Positions 28,646-39,612 of a stretch of DNA of 64,000 nucleotides are shown one piece after another. A program made the translations under genes and the position numbers. Below the pieces are notes generated by a model, which saw nothing but the letters and a program-made list of their open reading frames with translations, was not told where the DNA came from and made no database searches. Each line of letters begins with the position of its first letter. The first letter of the stretch is position 1. Source of the stretch: Bryobacteraceae bacterium (GTDB lineage: Bacteria > Acidobacteriota > Terriglobia > Bryobacterales > Bryobacteraceae); the NCBI GenBank assembly GCA_036276155.1, contig DATBEG010000127.1, forward strand, positions 10,939 through 74,938, given 5' to 3'.

Positions 28646-29092
28646 TCAGTGCCCCGGACAGCCCGTTGTGTCGGCGGTATAGGCGATCGCTGCAATCTTC
28701 CAGCCTTCGCTGGTCTTAAACAGGCTGAATGAATCGAGGCCGCAGTGGACGAACTTGCCGTCGCGAAGGAACTCATACTCGCCCCATACCTGTGCAATTC
28801 GGCCGTGAACGAGCACCTTCGGCTGGCCCGTGAATCGCTCGAGTAGCGTTCCTTGAACGCTTGCGAGATGAGCGATGAAATCTTCCGCGGACGTGCTTAC
28901 AGGTGGTGCGTCCCCGCGCATGGAGTAAAAGCGCGCCTCCGGCATTAGGGTCGAGCGAATCATCCCAGTGTCGCGCGCGGCCATTCCATCAAAGACCTTT
29001 TTTGCAATGGAGACAACGTCCGAGTCATCAGCCGTCCGGGCGAAGATACCAAGCGCAAATGCGAATAACGAAAGTAACGTGCGAGTAGTCAT
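28646..29092 (-). CDS. Exported NTF2-like (SnoaL/DUF4440-like) protein
   Basis: 148 aa with a signal peptide (MTTRTLLSLFAFALGIFA). The size and the C-terminal pattern FSLFKTSEGWKIAAIAY resemble NTF2-fold families. The assignment is from general resemblance only. Confidence 0.55.
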   Translation of the reverse strand: MTTRTLLSLFAFALGIFARTADDSDVVSIAKKVFDGMAARDTGMIRSTLMPEARFYSMRGDAPPVSTSAEDFIAHLASVQGTLLERFTGQPKVLVHGRIAQVWGEYEFLRDGKFVHCGLDSFSLFKTSEGWKIAAIAYTADTTGCPGH

Positions 29093-29107
29093 CGTAAGAT
29101 CTTCATC

Positions 29108-31456
29108 TTACGTCTTCATCCGGGCCATAAAGTAGAAGCCGGCCAGCGAAAAGATGATGTCCGGAGACCACGCCGCCATGGCCGCAGGTAACTGGTTCAG
29201 ATCACCGATCTGATCGAAAATCGTTCCCACGGTCCAATAGGCGATTGCGATTCCGAAGCTGATACCAACTCCGGTCATCGCACCGCGGTTCCCTGCGACA
29301 AACGCGAACGGGATGCTGAGCACCGCCATGATTAATGCAAACAGCGGTACGGCGAATTTCTTGTAGTATTGGACGCGCAGCGGGGTCGTGTTCATGCCGC
29401 TCGATTGCAGCTCACGAATGTAGCTCTGCAACTCCTCGAAGTTCATCTCCTTGTACTCTTTTTCCTCTTTGACGAACCAGGAGGGCGATTCGGTCAACTC
29501 AGGGAACGAGGCGGTGCGGCCCCTGAACCACTTATAAGAGTCGACCTTTTCGCCAGAGTCATCGCTGAAACCGTTCTCGAAGATCCAGGTGTTATCTGCC
29601 TTATCCCAATGCGCACGTTCACCGGAAATGTGCCGCGTAATGGAGAACGTTTTCGGATCCAGCTCGTACACGTTCACCTTCGACATGACGCCTTGCTTCG
29701 GATCGAGCGCCTGGTAATTGTAGATCCGGGAACCCTCGCCATAAATCCACTGCCGGTTGAGGCGCAGGTAAGTGGCCGGTGGCTTTTTCTTGATTTCGGC
29801 GCGCAGACGCTCCTGCCGGCGGTTTGCTTCCGGAATGTAGAAGTGATCGAACGCGAATAGCGCCCCGCTAATCAGCAAACTCATGATCAAGACGGGCGCG
29901 GCAAGCCGGTGCACGCTGACCCCGGCCGCTTTGAACGCAGTAACCTCGTTGTACTTGGTGAGAATGCCAAAGCAGATTAGGGAGGCGACGAGCGTGCCGA
30001 TGGGAGTGAGCTGATACAAAAGGCTGGGAGCCAGATTCCAGAGATAATCGATCATCGTTGGCATGCCGATGTCGTTTTTGATCATGTCGCCCAGTAGTTC
30101 GAAGAAGGTGAATACTTCGATCAGCGCAACCAGCGCAACCAGCAGCACCACGAAGTAGAAGACAAACCCATTCAGGACGTAGCCGTCGATGATCATGGGG
30201 GAAAAGCCGAAGGTTTTGGGTGTGCTTTCTGCTGTGACGGAAGTGCGGCGGAGTCGCATAACCTTTAGCCTGTCCAGTACATCTGCACCCGCGCGGCGGA
30301 TCAACGCCGTAATGTCATGATCGCCGGGACGTTCCAGTCGACTCAGAAGAAAGATGCCGATGACGGCAAAGACGGCGTCGGGAGTCCAGACCGCGACAGG
30401 CACAGGGAGGCTCCCCTTGCGAGCGAGTCCGATCAGTGTGATGAAGCCTAGATAGTACAGGAACGCCAGCAGCACAGTCGTGATGAACGCGGCTGACTTC
30501 CCACCCTTACGGGAAGAGACACCGAGTGGAATACCTACCAGCCCGAGCAAGACGCAGGCGAGCGGCAGGGCGAATCGCTGATGGAGTTCGATGGCGGCGT
30601 CTACGTACTCTTCATGCGACAGATCGTGTCGGCGATACACGCGCTTGTAAAGCGGGCCGGTATCCATCTCCTGCACGGTTTTATTCAACTGCAGGTCCTC
30701 GGGCTTTTGTGCCTGCAGACTGTCAAACTGCGTGCGGGCAGATGTCTTGATGATCTTGCCTTCCTTGTCCCGCTCGAAGGAACTGAAGTTCCTCAGATCG
30801 AGAACGATGCGATTGTTGACCGGATCTGCATGAGGGATCGCTTCCTGTGCGACTACTATGCGCGGCGAATCTCCGCGGTCTTTGCCGCGCTGCTCTAACT
30901 CGGATTGCGGCGTTACGTCTGCGATGAATACGCCGTGCCACTTCGATTGTTTCGCCGTTGTCTCGACATTGTCGACGTAGATGACCGTGTTGGGAAAATC
31001 TTCGTCAAATATCCGCGATTCCGTGGCGCCGGTTAGCTGGGCCGCTGCAAAGTTCTTCGCGAATTTCGACTCCAGATGCAGCGATAGAGGCGTAAGCCAC
31101 AACGAAGCGAGCGCCGTCAGGACAAGAGCCATGAATGCAAAGAACAGAACCGGCTTCGCCACCGACTTGCTGGAAATTCCCGACGCGCGCATCGCAATGA
31201 TTTCGCTGTCAGCGGACATGCGGCTAAGCCCAATTAAAATTCCAACAAGAACGCCCAGAGGCAGCGCAAACGGGATGGTTTGCGGAAGTGCATAGAGCAG
31301 CAGACGTGCGACGACGGCCGGGGGCGCCGAGATCTTCACAAGCAGAACCGAAAGCCGCTCGATCGTTCGAAGGAACAGGACAAAAACAAAGAGCAGAGTG
31401 CCGAGCGCGGCACTTGTAAATACTTCGCGAAAAATCGCGCGGCTGATAATGCGCAT
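29108..31456 (-). CDS. Fused LptF-LptG-like LPS export permease (two YjgP/YjgQ modules in one polypeptide)
   Basis: 782 aa. The first module begins MRIISRAIFREVFTSAALGTLLFVFVLFL...SEIIAMRASGIS. The second begins MIIDGYVLNGFVFYFVVLLVALVAL...NEVTAFKAAGVS. Each resembles a full-length LptF/LptG protein of about 360 aa. Confidence 0.8.
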   Translation of the reverse strand: MRIISRAIFREVFTSAALGTLLFVFVLFLRTIERLSVLLVKISAPPAVVARLLLYALPQTIPFALPLGVLVGILIGLSRMSADSEIIAMRASGISSKSVAKPVLFFAFMALVLTALASLWLTPLSLHLESKFAKNFAAAQLTGATESRIFDEDFPNTVIYVDNVETTAKQSKWHGVFIADVTPQSELEQRGKDRGDSPRIVVAQEAIPHADPVNNRIVLDLRNFSSFERDKEGKIIKTSARTQFDSLQAQKPEDLQLNKTVQEMDTGPLYKRVYRRHDLSHEEYVDAAIELHQRFALPLACVLLGLVGIPLGVSSRKGGKSAAFITTVLLAFLYYLGFITLIGLARKGSLPVPVAVWTPDAVFAVIGIFLLSRLERPGDHDITALIRRAGADVLDRLKVMRLRRTSVTAESTPKTFGFSPMIIDGYVLNGFVFYFVVLLVALVALIEVFTFFELLGDMIKNDIGMPTMIDYLWNLAPSLLYQLTPIGTLVASLICFGILTKYNEVTAFKAAGVSVHRLAAPVLIMSLLISGALFAFDHFYIPEANRRQERLRAEIKKKPPATYLRLNRQWIYGEGSRIYNYQALDPKQGVMSKVNVYELDPKTFSITRHISGERAHWDKADNTWIFENGFSDDSGEKVDSYKWFRGRTASFPELTESPSWFVKEEKEYKEMNFEELQSYIRELQSSGMNTTPLRVQYYKKFAVPLFALIMAVLSIPFAFVAGNRGAMTGVGISFGIAIAYWTVGTIFDQIGDLNQLPAAMAAWSPDIIFSLAGFYFMARMKT

Positions 31457-31460
31457 GGAA

Positions 31461-33224
31461 CTACTGGGGCGTCAAAGCCGGCGCCGGGACGAGCGGCAGC
31501 TTCTCGGATTGCTCTTCAATCCGGCCGAGGTCGACACTCTCGAGCAGCAGAGATGGACAGATCACGGAAGACGTGGTTGCATCACTCGATATATCGATGA
31601 GATCAAACGAACTCCCGTTGTTGACGTAATTCAGGACGTAAGGGCGATCGGAGGCGGCCCTGATGTCTCGAAGGTCTTTGGCACTGAACTCCTTGAAATG
31701 CAGCCCCCGCACCAGTTCTTCACGGCCATCGGGGAAGACGCGATACGCGAGCAGCGGTGCGTTCAACGTACGCGCATAGCCGTTTTTCTGCAAATCGCGC
31801 GCCATGCTCTGCAATTCGCCGAAATTGGCCGTGGACGGGAAATCCATCTTGCGAATGAGAATGCCGTATTTCAGGCCGGCCGTTTTAACGGCTTCCATCA
31901 GTTTCGCCTTCATCTTCGCTTCCGGAACAGTCTCATCCGCATTAATGAAGAGATTACCGATGGCTGCGGCTTCCGATCCATAGCTGCCCGGCAAACGTCC
32001 ATGACCGTTGGACGAGTTGAACTTCCGGACCGGTTGCCTGCTGAAGAGAAATGACTTCAGCGTGCCTTTGTCCACTAGCACCACGCGTTCCGCGGCCACG
32101 CCCTCATCGTCAACCTCATAGTGCCCGGCAAGAGGGGCGCCGCGAAATGCGGTTTGATGAGGATCGTCGACCGCAGACATCCATTCAGGGAAAACTTTTG
32201 AACCAATGCGCGAGGCCCAGACGCTTTCCACCCCTTCCGAATTGCGCCCTTGCGCGCCGGGAGCGGCCACGGGCTTGCGTTGTAATCGGACAGCATCGGC
32301 CAGGGCTTGCGCCATAAGTTGAGCGGCCGCTTCTTGTTCGAACAACACAGGACCGGAGTAATCTTCTCCAATTGGCGCTTTCGCAAGTGCGTCGACGTTT
32401 GCTGCGACTTTATCCACGCGCGCTGCCAGCGCTTCGCTCGACGGAAATTGACCGGGTTCCAAAAGCGCGATTAGATCGTGGTCATAAACTCTGGAGGCAT
32501 CAGGCGCCAAACTGCTGGCCCGCACCTCTATTCCCCCGTACGTCTGTGGAACACGCACGATCGTGCCTTCGGTAGTCACCAGTCGATAAGTGGAGGCAAT
32601 CGCCTTTATCGATACCACTGATTGCAATACGTCCGTATGCGTGCGGAAACGTGCGGACAGGCTGCGTGCTGTTTCTTCGAAAGCATGCAGGTCGGCATTG
32701 AGCTTAGCCGCCGGTTGCAGGATGTGCGACGGGTTCGCAGGGCTAAAGTCCGGCGTATCGTCCGGGTCTGCCAATTCGCGTAGCGCCGCACGCTTGCGCG
32801 CCATTTGGCCGACCGCATTCTTGAAGACCGAGTCCGTTGACAGCCAAAAGTTGGTGCGCAGGGCCTCATAATCGTCATCGATCGGACAAAGTCCAAGCCG
32901 ATAACTGCTTGCGTAAACGGAATTCGTGTTGTCGAATTTGTAATCGCCAACCCGCAAAACAATCACTGGCCTCCTGGCATGCAGGTGCTCGGAGTTGATC
33001 AGTGCGCCTAGACTGGCGGTAGCACTCGCGCTTTCGCTATCATTGCTCGCGAATGCGATAAAGTATGGTTTTTCCAGACCGCTGATCTCGAGCGTCTTCG
33101 CCCGCGCAACCTCATCGAGCATGGCGCGAAGTTGAACATCCTTTCGCGCATCCCCCGTGTTGTCCACTGCCGCACCAAACAAGACAGCGGCCGAAATTGA
33201 GAGCGCAATGGCAGTGCGTTTCAC
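31461..33224 (-). CDS. Exported TldD/PmbA family protein, PmbA(TldE)-like (no HExxxH)
   Basis: 587 aa with a signal peptide (MKRTAIALSISAAVLFGAA). It has family-typical C-terminal segments (GHGR..., YGILIRKM, VNNGSSFDL) but lacks the metal-binding HExxxH motif. Its GTG start overlaps the upstream gene stop (GTGA). Confidence 0.8.
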   Translation of the reverse strand: MKRTAIALSISAAVLFGAAVDNTGDARKDVQLRAMLDEVARAKTLEISGLEKPYFIAFASNDSESASATASLGALINSEHLHARRPVIVLRVGDYKFDNTNSVYASSYRLGLCPIDDDYEALRTNFWLSTDSVFKNAVGQMARKRAALRELADPDDTPDFSPANPSHILQPAAKLNADLHAFEETARSLSARFRTHTDVLQSVVSIKAIASTYRLVTTEGTIVRVPQTYGGIEVRASSLAPDASRVYDHDLIALLEPGQFPSSEALAARVDKVAANVDALAKAPIGEDYSGPVLFEQEAAAQLMAQALADAVRLQRKPVAAPGAQGRNSEGVESVWASRIGSKVFPEWMSAVDDPHQTAFRGAPLAGHYEVDDEGVAAERVVLVDKGTLKSFLFSRQPVRKFNSSNGHGRLPGSYGSEAAAIGNLFINADETVPEAKMKAKLMEAVKTAGLKYGILIRKMDFPSTANFGELQSMARDLQKNGYARTLNAPLLAYRVFPDGREELVRGLHFKEFSAKDLRDIRAASDRPYVLNYVNNGSSFDLIDISSDATTSSVICPSLLLESVDLGRIEEQSEKLPLVPAPALTPQ

Positions 33225-34966
33225 GATTTGCTGGCCTCAGGACGCGGCAGGATGGGCGGCTTCTCCTGTGCGTTCTTTTTCTTCTGTGTCTCAATTTCCG
33301 ACACGAGAATGGCCGGCGAAACAGCCGAAACAGGAATGCTCCCCGACTCAGCCCCACAAAACCCGTTAAATACTTCCGAGCGATCCGAAGTAGCCAAAAT
33401 CTTTTGAAAACTCGCCAGCGGTGTGCCCACGATATCCACTCCGCGGATTAATTCGTCCGGTCTGCCGTCAGGGTAAACGCGATAGACCACCAGCGGGACA
33501 ACTGTGAAGGCCTGAAGTCCCTGGCGTCCAGTGGTTGTATAACCGCTCGATACTTCCTCGAAGTAGAGGCCGTATGGCTTGTTCTGCTTCTTAATTTGCT
33601 CGATGAGTTGCGCTCGCAGTTCCTGATCGGAAACCTTCTTTGACGATTCGACGATCAGGTTTGATTGCCTTGAGACCACCTCGTATCCGGGTTGCCGTCT
33701 GCCATGACCGTTCGACTGTTGGAATTGTCCAACCGGCGATCGTGAAAGCAGGAAAGTCTTGAGCACGCCGTCTTCTACGACCTTCACCGGGCGAGCTTTC
33801 ACGCCCTCGTCATCGTAATCGTAGTAGCCAATCAAATCGGTGCCGTGGTACTCGTGCCTTGTTGGATCGAAATCCACGCTGATGAATTCGGGGAGGACTG
33901 TCGTACCCAGCATTTTCGTGAAGGTTTGACCTTCTGCAATATCCTTCTGGCGGTGTCCTTCCACCCGGTGACCGAATATCTCGTGAAAAAATACCGCGGA
34001 CGCGCGTCCCGAAAGAATCGCCGGGCAGACAATTGGTTCCGCGGGCGGAGCGTTTCTAAGCGCCTCGACCTTCTTAGCTACCTCTTCTACACGGGATGCA
34101 ACAGCCTTATCGTCGGGAAGATGAGCCGGGTCCGAGGCCTCAATTGTGTCGAAAGTTCGGACGTCCATGCCGTCCGGTGCAAGTGCCAGACCGTTGATCT
34201 CGATGCGAAAGAAATTGCTGCCTTGCACAATCGAAGAACCTTCAGTATTGACGAAGGTCTTGGTCTCGCGCTGCGCCATAAAGCTGACCTCCGACCCAAG
34301 TACGTTCGGATATTGACGGAACGCAGCCGACCAGGATCGGAGCTTGGCCGCCCACGCGTTCAGATCATAGTGATACCGCTCCGGTAACTGCGAGAACGTC
34401 TGTGGAGGTTCTGCGGAAAAATCGGCGTCCTGTTCCGATTCCTGCGCCATCAACTGCTGGTCGGTTTTCAATTGCAGCAGCCGGCGCGATGCCGAGCGGT
34501 ACACGCGATTGGTCTCAGACCACAGCGCTCGCCGAATTTGGTCGGCACCATCATCTACGCTCAACGGAGTAACTGAGGTGAAGCGAATGCGGTTGCCTTT
34601 GTATGGATGGTAGTTGTCGAACTTGGGTGTGCCTACCCGTACTGTGGTGTCCACGTCGCGCACATTTCGGTGCACGTCATCAATCAGCGCGCCGTCTCTT
34701 GCCGAACTCGAGTCGGCTTCTTCTTCCGCGACCTCATACGCCATATAGTAAGGAGCGGGATCGCCTTTCGCCTTTAGTGTCGTGAACTCGCGGTTCAACT
34801 CGCTGTTGAGAATATCAACGAGAGAAACTTGTGTTGTGGCCGGTACTCGCGACCACGCTCCGGCAGCGCACAACACCATGAGCACAAATACGAAGACACT
34901 CTTATACGAGAAGGCGCACCGCTGCGGAGACTGGACCCGGGTGCTCCAGAGGGATTTATGGAGCAA
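33221..34966 (-). CDS. Exported TldD/PmbA family metallopeptidase, TldD-like
   Basis: 581 aa with an N-terminal hydrophobic signal-like region. The motif FFHEIFGHRVEGH corresponds to the TldD HExxxH zinc site. Confidence 0.85.
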   Translation of the reverse strand: MLHKSLWSTRVQSPQRCAFSYKSVFVFVLMVLCAAGAWSRVPATTQVSLVDILNSELNREFTTLKAKGDPAPYYMAYEVAEEEADSSSARDGALIDDVHRNVRDVDTTVRVGTPKFDNYHPYKGNRIRFTSVTPLSVDDGADQIRRALWSETNRVYRSASRRLLQLKTDQQLMAQESEQDADFSAEPPQTFSQLPERYHYDLNAWAAKLRSWSAAFRQYPNVLGSEVSFMAQRETKTFVNTEGSSIVQGSNFFRIEINGLALAPDGMDVRTFDTIEASDPAHLPDDKAVASRVEEVAKKVEALRNAPPAEPIVCPAILSGRASAVFFHEIFGHRVEGHRQKDIAEGQTFTKMLGTTVLPEFISVDFDPTRHEYHGTDLIGYYDYDDEGVKARPVKVVEDGVLKTFLLSRSPVGQFQQSNGHGRRQPGYEVVSRQSNLIVESSKKVSDQELRAQLIEQIKKQNKPYGLYFEEVSSGYTTTGRQGLQAFTVVPLVVYRVYPDGRPDELIRGVDIVGTPLASFQKILATSDRSEVFNGFCGAESGSIPVSAVSPAILVSEIETQKKKNAQEKPPILPRPEASKS

Positions 34967-35019
34967 ATTACAGAATAACTTAGGCGAGGAGCTTCTTTAT
35001 TGCTGGGTAGTGTCCCAAT

Positions 35020-36081
35020 TTAGGGCACTACCTCTCGCTGAAGCTTACGCAAACTTTCTTCATAGGGGGCGCGCGCCACGCCGCGCTCGGTAATGATGGC
35101 CGTCACGTAGCGATTCGGCGTTACGTCGAACGCCGGATTCGCCACCTTGATTCCGGTAGGCGCCATCTGCACACCCCCTATGTGCGTGACCTCCTTCGCC
35201 GCTCGTTCTTCGATCGGAATCTGGTCTCCCGATTTCAACGTAAGATCCAGTGTGGAAATGGGCGCAGCCACGTAGAACGGAACGTTATTTTCCTTCGCCA
35301 GAACCGCCACACCGTAGGTGCCCACTTTATTGGCAACGTCCCCATTGGCGGCGATTCGATCCGCTCCCACAACAACGCATCCGATTCTGCCACTCTTCAG
35401 AAAGTGCCCGGCCATGTTGTCGGTGATCACTGTGGTCTCGATGCCGTCGCGCTGCAACTCCCAGGCGGTCAGACGCGCGCCTTGCAGAAACGGGCGCGTT
35501 TCATCTGCGAAAACATCGATCTTCTTTCCTGCTTGCACCGCCGCTCGTATCACGCCCAACGCGGTTCCGAATCCCGCCGTCGCCAAAGCTCCGGCATTAC
35601 AGTGTGTCAGAACCGTCTTGCCATCCGGCACGAGATCCGCGCCATTTCGCCCGATCGCTTGATTGATAGCTATGTCTTCTTCACGCACACGCTGCGCCTC
35701 TTCCACGAGGCGTGTGCGAACCGCATCCAGGCCCAAATGTTTCACCGTCTCGTAGACACCTCGCATACGGTCGATAGCCCAAAAGAGATTGACAGCGGTC
35801 GGCCGTGTCTTCGCGAGCGTCTCACAAATGACCGGCATGTCCGATTCCAAATCCTGTGATTCGAGCGCACCTAACGCAACGCCCATGGCGGCCGCGACGC
35901 CAATCGCCGGCGCACCGCGGATAATCATGTTCCGTATGGCGTCAGCGACCTCAGCGTAAGTGCGGCATGTGACGAAAGTTATTTCGTTGGGAAGACGAGT
36001 CTGGTCGATCATCACGACGCCTTCGGACGTCCACGCGATCGTTTCGACCGATCTCTCGGTAAGAACTGCGGATGAAGTCAT
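35020..36081 (-). CDS. mtnA: S-methyl-5-thioribose-1-phosphate isomerase
   Basis: 353 aa, eIF-2B alpha/beta/delta-like family. Diagnostic segments are [24 protein letters not shown] and [18 protein letters not shown]. Confidence 0.9.
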   Translation of the reverse strand: MTSSAVLTERSVETIAWTSEGVVMIDQTRLPNEITFVTCRTYAEVADAIRNMIIRGAPAIGVAAAMGVALGALESQDLESDMPVICETLAKTRPTAVNLFWAIDRMRGVYETVKHLGLDAVRTRLVEEAQRVREEDIAINQAIGRNGADLVPDGKTVLTHCNAGALATAGFGTALGVIRAAVQAGKKIDVFADETRPFLQGARLTAWELQRDGIETTVITDNMAGHFLKSGRIGCVVVGADRIAANGDVANKVGTYGVAVLAKENNVPFYVAAPISTLDLTLKSGDQIPIEERAAKEVTHIGGVQMAPTGIKVANPAFDVTPNRYVTAIITERGVARAPYEESLRKLQREVVP

Positions 36082-36863
36082 TTTGGATGTTTTGAAACTA
36101 CAAGTGCCACGACTTGCAAGCCGTTGAAGCAGGCGTGCATGACCGTGCTTGTGACGATAGAGTTCGTCCAGGCACGCATCGCGCCGAGCGCCACGCCCAC
36201 TAGTCCGATCGCTACAATGTACTGCCAGATGAACGAATATTCCGCCGCATGTAAGGCGCCGAAGAGCGCGCCGGTAATGACGATTCCCAGGACAAGGCCA
36301 AAGGTGCGTGTTAACAGCGGCTGCAGGAATCCGCGAAAGAACAGTTCTTCGAAAAAGGGCGCCAGGATAACGGCCATCGGCACCAGTACCGCAATCGGCA
36401 TGGACTTCATCATTTCGTCCATCTGCGTCTCGACTTTGGGCATACGCAGGACGTAGCCGATTCCCGAGATGACAAACGGAAGCGCAAGACCGCAGACGGC
36501 GGCATAGCCAACTTTGGCCGCATCGGTCATCCTCCAGCCAAGGGGTCTCAGAAACGGCTGTCCGTACCGAAGCTGAAACACGAACTTAAAAATCAGCAAC
36601 AGCGCGAGATAAATCACTAGATTGCTGCCGAACGCCATGGCCGGCGAAGTCAGGCTCACGCTACGCCATATCAGGGTGATTGCGATTGCCCCGAGGCCCA
36701 TCACGACAATCGCGGCGAAGAGCAGGCCCAGAACCATGAACAGGTCCGGATAACCCCAAAACGGCTCTCGTCGGCGCCGTAGCGGCTCGAGCGGCGGGAC
36801 AGGCTCTATCGGCTCGAGCAGTGGAAGATATTCGGGGCGCGTGGGCGTCTCGTCAGGCGACAT
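36078..36863 (-). CDS. CPBP family intramembrane glutamic endopeptidase
   Basis: 261 aa and polytopic. Motifs are [19 protein letters not shown] and MHACFNG. It overlaps the uvrA stop by 11 nt and the mtnA start by 4 nt. Confidence 0.85.
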   Translation of the reverse strand: MSPDETPTRPEYLPLLEPIEPVPPLEPLRRRREPFWGYPDLFMVLGLLFAAIVVMGLGAIAITLIWRSVSLTSPAMAFGSNLVIYLALLLIFKFVFQLRYGQPFLRPLGWRMTDAAKVGYAAVCGLALPFVISGIGYVLRMPKVETQMDEMMKSMPIAVLVPMAVILAPFFEELFFRGFLQPLLTRTFGLVLGIVITGALFGALHAAEYSFIWQYIVAIGLVGVALGAMRAWTNSIVTSTVMHACFNGLQVVALVVSKHPK

Positions 36864-39612
36864 GTGCTGGTCTTAGTATCTTTCGAAGGGCTTCCGCTGT
36901 ATGGCTGTGGCGAATTGGCATCACTTCTTCCGGTGTGCCTGCAGCCACCAAAGTGCCTCCGTTCTCGCCCCCTTCCGGACCAAGGTCGATCAGATAATCC
37001 GCGCTCTTGATCACATCAATTTGATGTTCAATAATGACCACCGTGTTTCCTAAATCAACCAGGCGCTGCAGCACCGCGAGCAGCGCGCGGACATCGTCGA
37101 AGTGTAGACCGGTAGTGGGTTCGTCGAGCAAGTAAAACGTCTTGCCCGTTTGCCGCTTGCTCAATTCTTTGGCCAGCTTGATACGTTGCGCTTCGCCGCC
37201 TGAGAGCGTGGTCGAAGACTGCCCCAGGTGGATGTACCCTAATCCGACGTCGGCAAGCGTCCGCAACTTTTGCTGGATTTGCGGCAGGTTCTCCAGCAGG
37301 TCCACTGCTTCTTCGATGCTCGATTCCAGCAGATCGGCAATGCTCTTGCCCTTGTACTTCACTTGCAGCGTTTCCTGGTTGTAGCGCCGGCCGCGGCACA
37401 CGTCGCACGTAACATACACGTCCGGCAGAAAGTTCATTTCAATGCGCTTTAGCCCGTCGCCCTGGCACGCTTCGCAACGTCCGCCCTTCACGTTGAAGCT
37501 GAACCGTCCCGCCTTGTAGCCGCGTTCCCGCGATTCGGGCAGCATGGCATACAATTCGCGAATGGCCGTGAACACACCCGTATAGGTGGCTGGATTCGAT
37601 CGCGGAGTGCGGCCGATCGGCGACTGATCAATCTCAATCACCTTGTCAATATTCTCCAGGCCGACAATCGCGTCATGAGCGCCGGGCGATTCGCTTGATC
37701 CGTAGACTTCCTTAGCGAGCGCGCGATACAGGATGTCGTGGATCAGCGTCGACTTGCCGCTGCCCGAAACACCGGTGACGACGGTGAGTGTCCCCAGCGG
37801 GAAATCGACCGTGATGTTTTTGAGATTGTGCTCACGAGCACCCTTCACCGTGATTCTTAGTCCATTACCGCGGCGTCGCACCGCCGGCAAAGGAATGGCC
37901 AGTTTTCCGCTCAGATACTCGCCCGTGAGTGACTCGGGCACGCGCATGATCTGCGCCGGAGTGCCTTGCGCGATCAAATTTCCGCCTAATCTGCCGGCGC
38001 GCGGTCCAAGATCAATGACGTAATCGGCGCGCTCGATTGTCTCGGCATCATGTTCGACGACCAGAACGGTGTTGCCTAAATCGCGCAGGTGATGCAGCGT
38101 GTCAAGGAGGCGTCCGTTGTCACGGGGATGTAAACCGATGGATGGTTCGTCGAGGACGTACAAAACTCCACGCAGCTTCGACCCGATTTGCGTTGCTAGC
38201 CGGATACGCTGCGCCTCGCCGCCTGAGAGCGTAGCGGAAGATCTGTCCAGGCTCAGATAATCGAGACCGACGGCGCATAGGAACTCCAGCCTGTTCTGGA
38301 TCTCTTCCGATACACGTCCCACTAATTGCAGTTCGCGGTCGTTGAAAGTCCAACTCTTCGCGAGAGGCAGTGCGCGCATGATGGGCATCACTGTGAACTC
38401 CGCGATGGAAATGCCTTTCACTCGGACGGCAAGGCTGGACGGTCTGAGACGCTTGCCGCCACAATCCGGGCAAACGGTCGGCGACATAAAATCCATCAGC
38501 CAGTCGCGATAACCCTCGCTAGCACGCATATAACTCTCGTCCAGAGTTTTGAGAATACCTGCGAACTGTGCATTCCCGTGCAGCAGGACATTCCGCGTCT
38601 TCTTGGGCAGCGTGTCAAATGGAATCGTCACATCAATGCCCATTCGGTCAGCGCCTTCAGTGATAGCGGAGATCATGTATGAAGAAGTGGAGCCGGGTCC
38701 AAGACCACCTTCAAGCAAAGGCTTCGACGGATCGGCGATCACTTTGACCGGATCGAAAGACCAGGTGCTGCCAACGCCGCGGCACGTTTCGCAAGCGCCA
38801 TATGGACTGTTGAACGAAAATGAACGCGGCTCCAATTGCGGAATGCTGGTGCCGTCATTTGGACATGCGAGCTTTTCAGAATAAAGCCGCTCCGGTCCGT
38901 CCACTACCGCGATAACCACCAGCCCTTCGGCCCATCTGAGGGCGGTTTGAACCGAATTTTCCAGGCGCTGCTCAATGCCCGGTTTCACTACCAGCCGGTC
39001 GATCACAACCTCGATCGTGTGGTTCTTTCGCTTTTCGAGCTTCATGGGCTCATCAATCGAGCGAAGCTCGCCATCAATGCGCGCCCGGAAACCGGATTTT
39101 GCAATCGCTTCCAGTTCTTTTTTGTATTCGCCTTTGCGGCCGCGCGCAATCGGCGCAAGAACCATAATGCGTTCGCCCTGATGCTGCGCAAACACCTGCT
39201 CCAGAATCTGGTTGGGCGATTGGCGCGCAATTTCAGAGCCGCATACCGGGCAATGCGGTACGCCAACAGATGCGTAAAGCAGGCGCAGATAGTCGTAGAT
39301 CTCGGTGACGGTTCCAACCGTCGAACGCGGACTGCGCGAAGTAGTCCTCTGTTCTATGGAGATTGCCGGGCTGAGTCCGTCTATCGAATCCACTTCCGGC
39401 CGTTCCATCTGATCGAGGAACTGGCGCGCATAAGGAGAAAGAGTTTCCACATAGCGTCGTTGACCCTCCGCGTAAATCGTGTCGAATGCGAGCGAGCTCT
39501 TGCCCGACCCGCTCAAGCCCGTGATGACGGTAAAGGTGTTGCGAGGGATCTCGACACTTATATTTTTCAGGTTGTGCTGGCGGGCGCCATGCACAGAAAT
39601 ACGTTCTAACAT
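36853..39612 (-). CDS. uvrA: Excinuclease ABC subunit A
   Basis: 919 aa. Two ABC modules are present ([14 protein letters not shown] and [13 protein letters not shown]; LSGGEAQRI appears twice). The zinc-finger cysteine clusters are present ([19 protein letters not shown]...CDVCRG). Confidence 0.97.
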   Translation of the reverse strand: MLERISVHGARQHNLKNISVEIPRNTFTVITGLSGSGKSSLAFDTIYAEGQRRYVETLSPYARQFLDQMERPEVDSIDGLSPAISIEQRTTSRSPRSTVGTVTEIYDYLRLLYASVGVPHCPVCGSEIARQSPNQILEQVFAQHQGERIMVLAPIARGRKGEYKKELEAIAKSGFRARIDGELRSIDEPMKLEKRKNHTIEVVIDRLVVKPGIEQRLENSVQTALRWAEGLVVIAVVDGPERLYSEKLACPNDGTSIPQLEPRSFSFNSPYGACETCRGVGSTWSFDPVKVIADPSKPLLEGGLGPGSTSSYMISAITEGADRMGIDVTIPFDTLPKKTRNVLLHGNAQFAGILKTLDESYMRASEGYRDWLMDFMSPTVCPDCGGKRLRPSSLAVRVKGISIAEFTVMPIMRALPLAKSWTFNDRELQLVGRVSEEIQNRLEFLCAVGLDYLSLDRSSATLSGGEAQRIRLATQIGSKLRGVLYVLDEPSIGLHPRDNGRLLDTLHHLRDLGNTVLVVEHDAETIERADYVIDLGPRAGRLGGNLIAQGTPAQIMRVPESLTGEYLSGKLAIPLPAVRRRGNGLRITVKGAREHNLKNITVDFPLGTLTVVTGVSGSGKSTLIHDILYRALAKEVYGSSESPGAHDAIVGLENIDKVIEIDQSPIGRTPRSNPATYTGVFTAIRELYAMLPESRERGYKAGRFSFNVKGGRCEACQGDGLKRIEMNFLPDVYVTCDVCRGRRYNQETLQVKYKGKSIADLLESSIEEAVDLLENLPQIQQKLRTLADVGLGYIHLGQSSTTLSGGEAQRIKLAKELSKRQTGKTFYLLDEPTTGLHFDDVRALLAVLQRLVDLGNTVVIIEHQIDVIKSADYLIDLGPEGGENGGTLVAAGTPEEVMPIRHSHTAEALRKILRPAHVA

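Noticed and set aside
38836-39609. 257-aa plus-strand ORF inside uvrA. Similar long antisense ORFs occur at 39912-40703, 11366-12121, 15784-16419, 35182-35859, 24456-25142, 31398-32054 and 55173-55817.
   Set aside because: Each is antisense to a gene with strong family motifs (uvrA, VIT1, cpaB, fumC, mtnA, the sensor kinase, the PmbA-like gene, slt). None has recognisable motifs or ribosome-binding sites. All are best explained as GC-driven open antisense frames.
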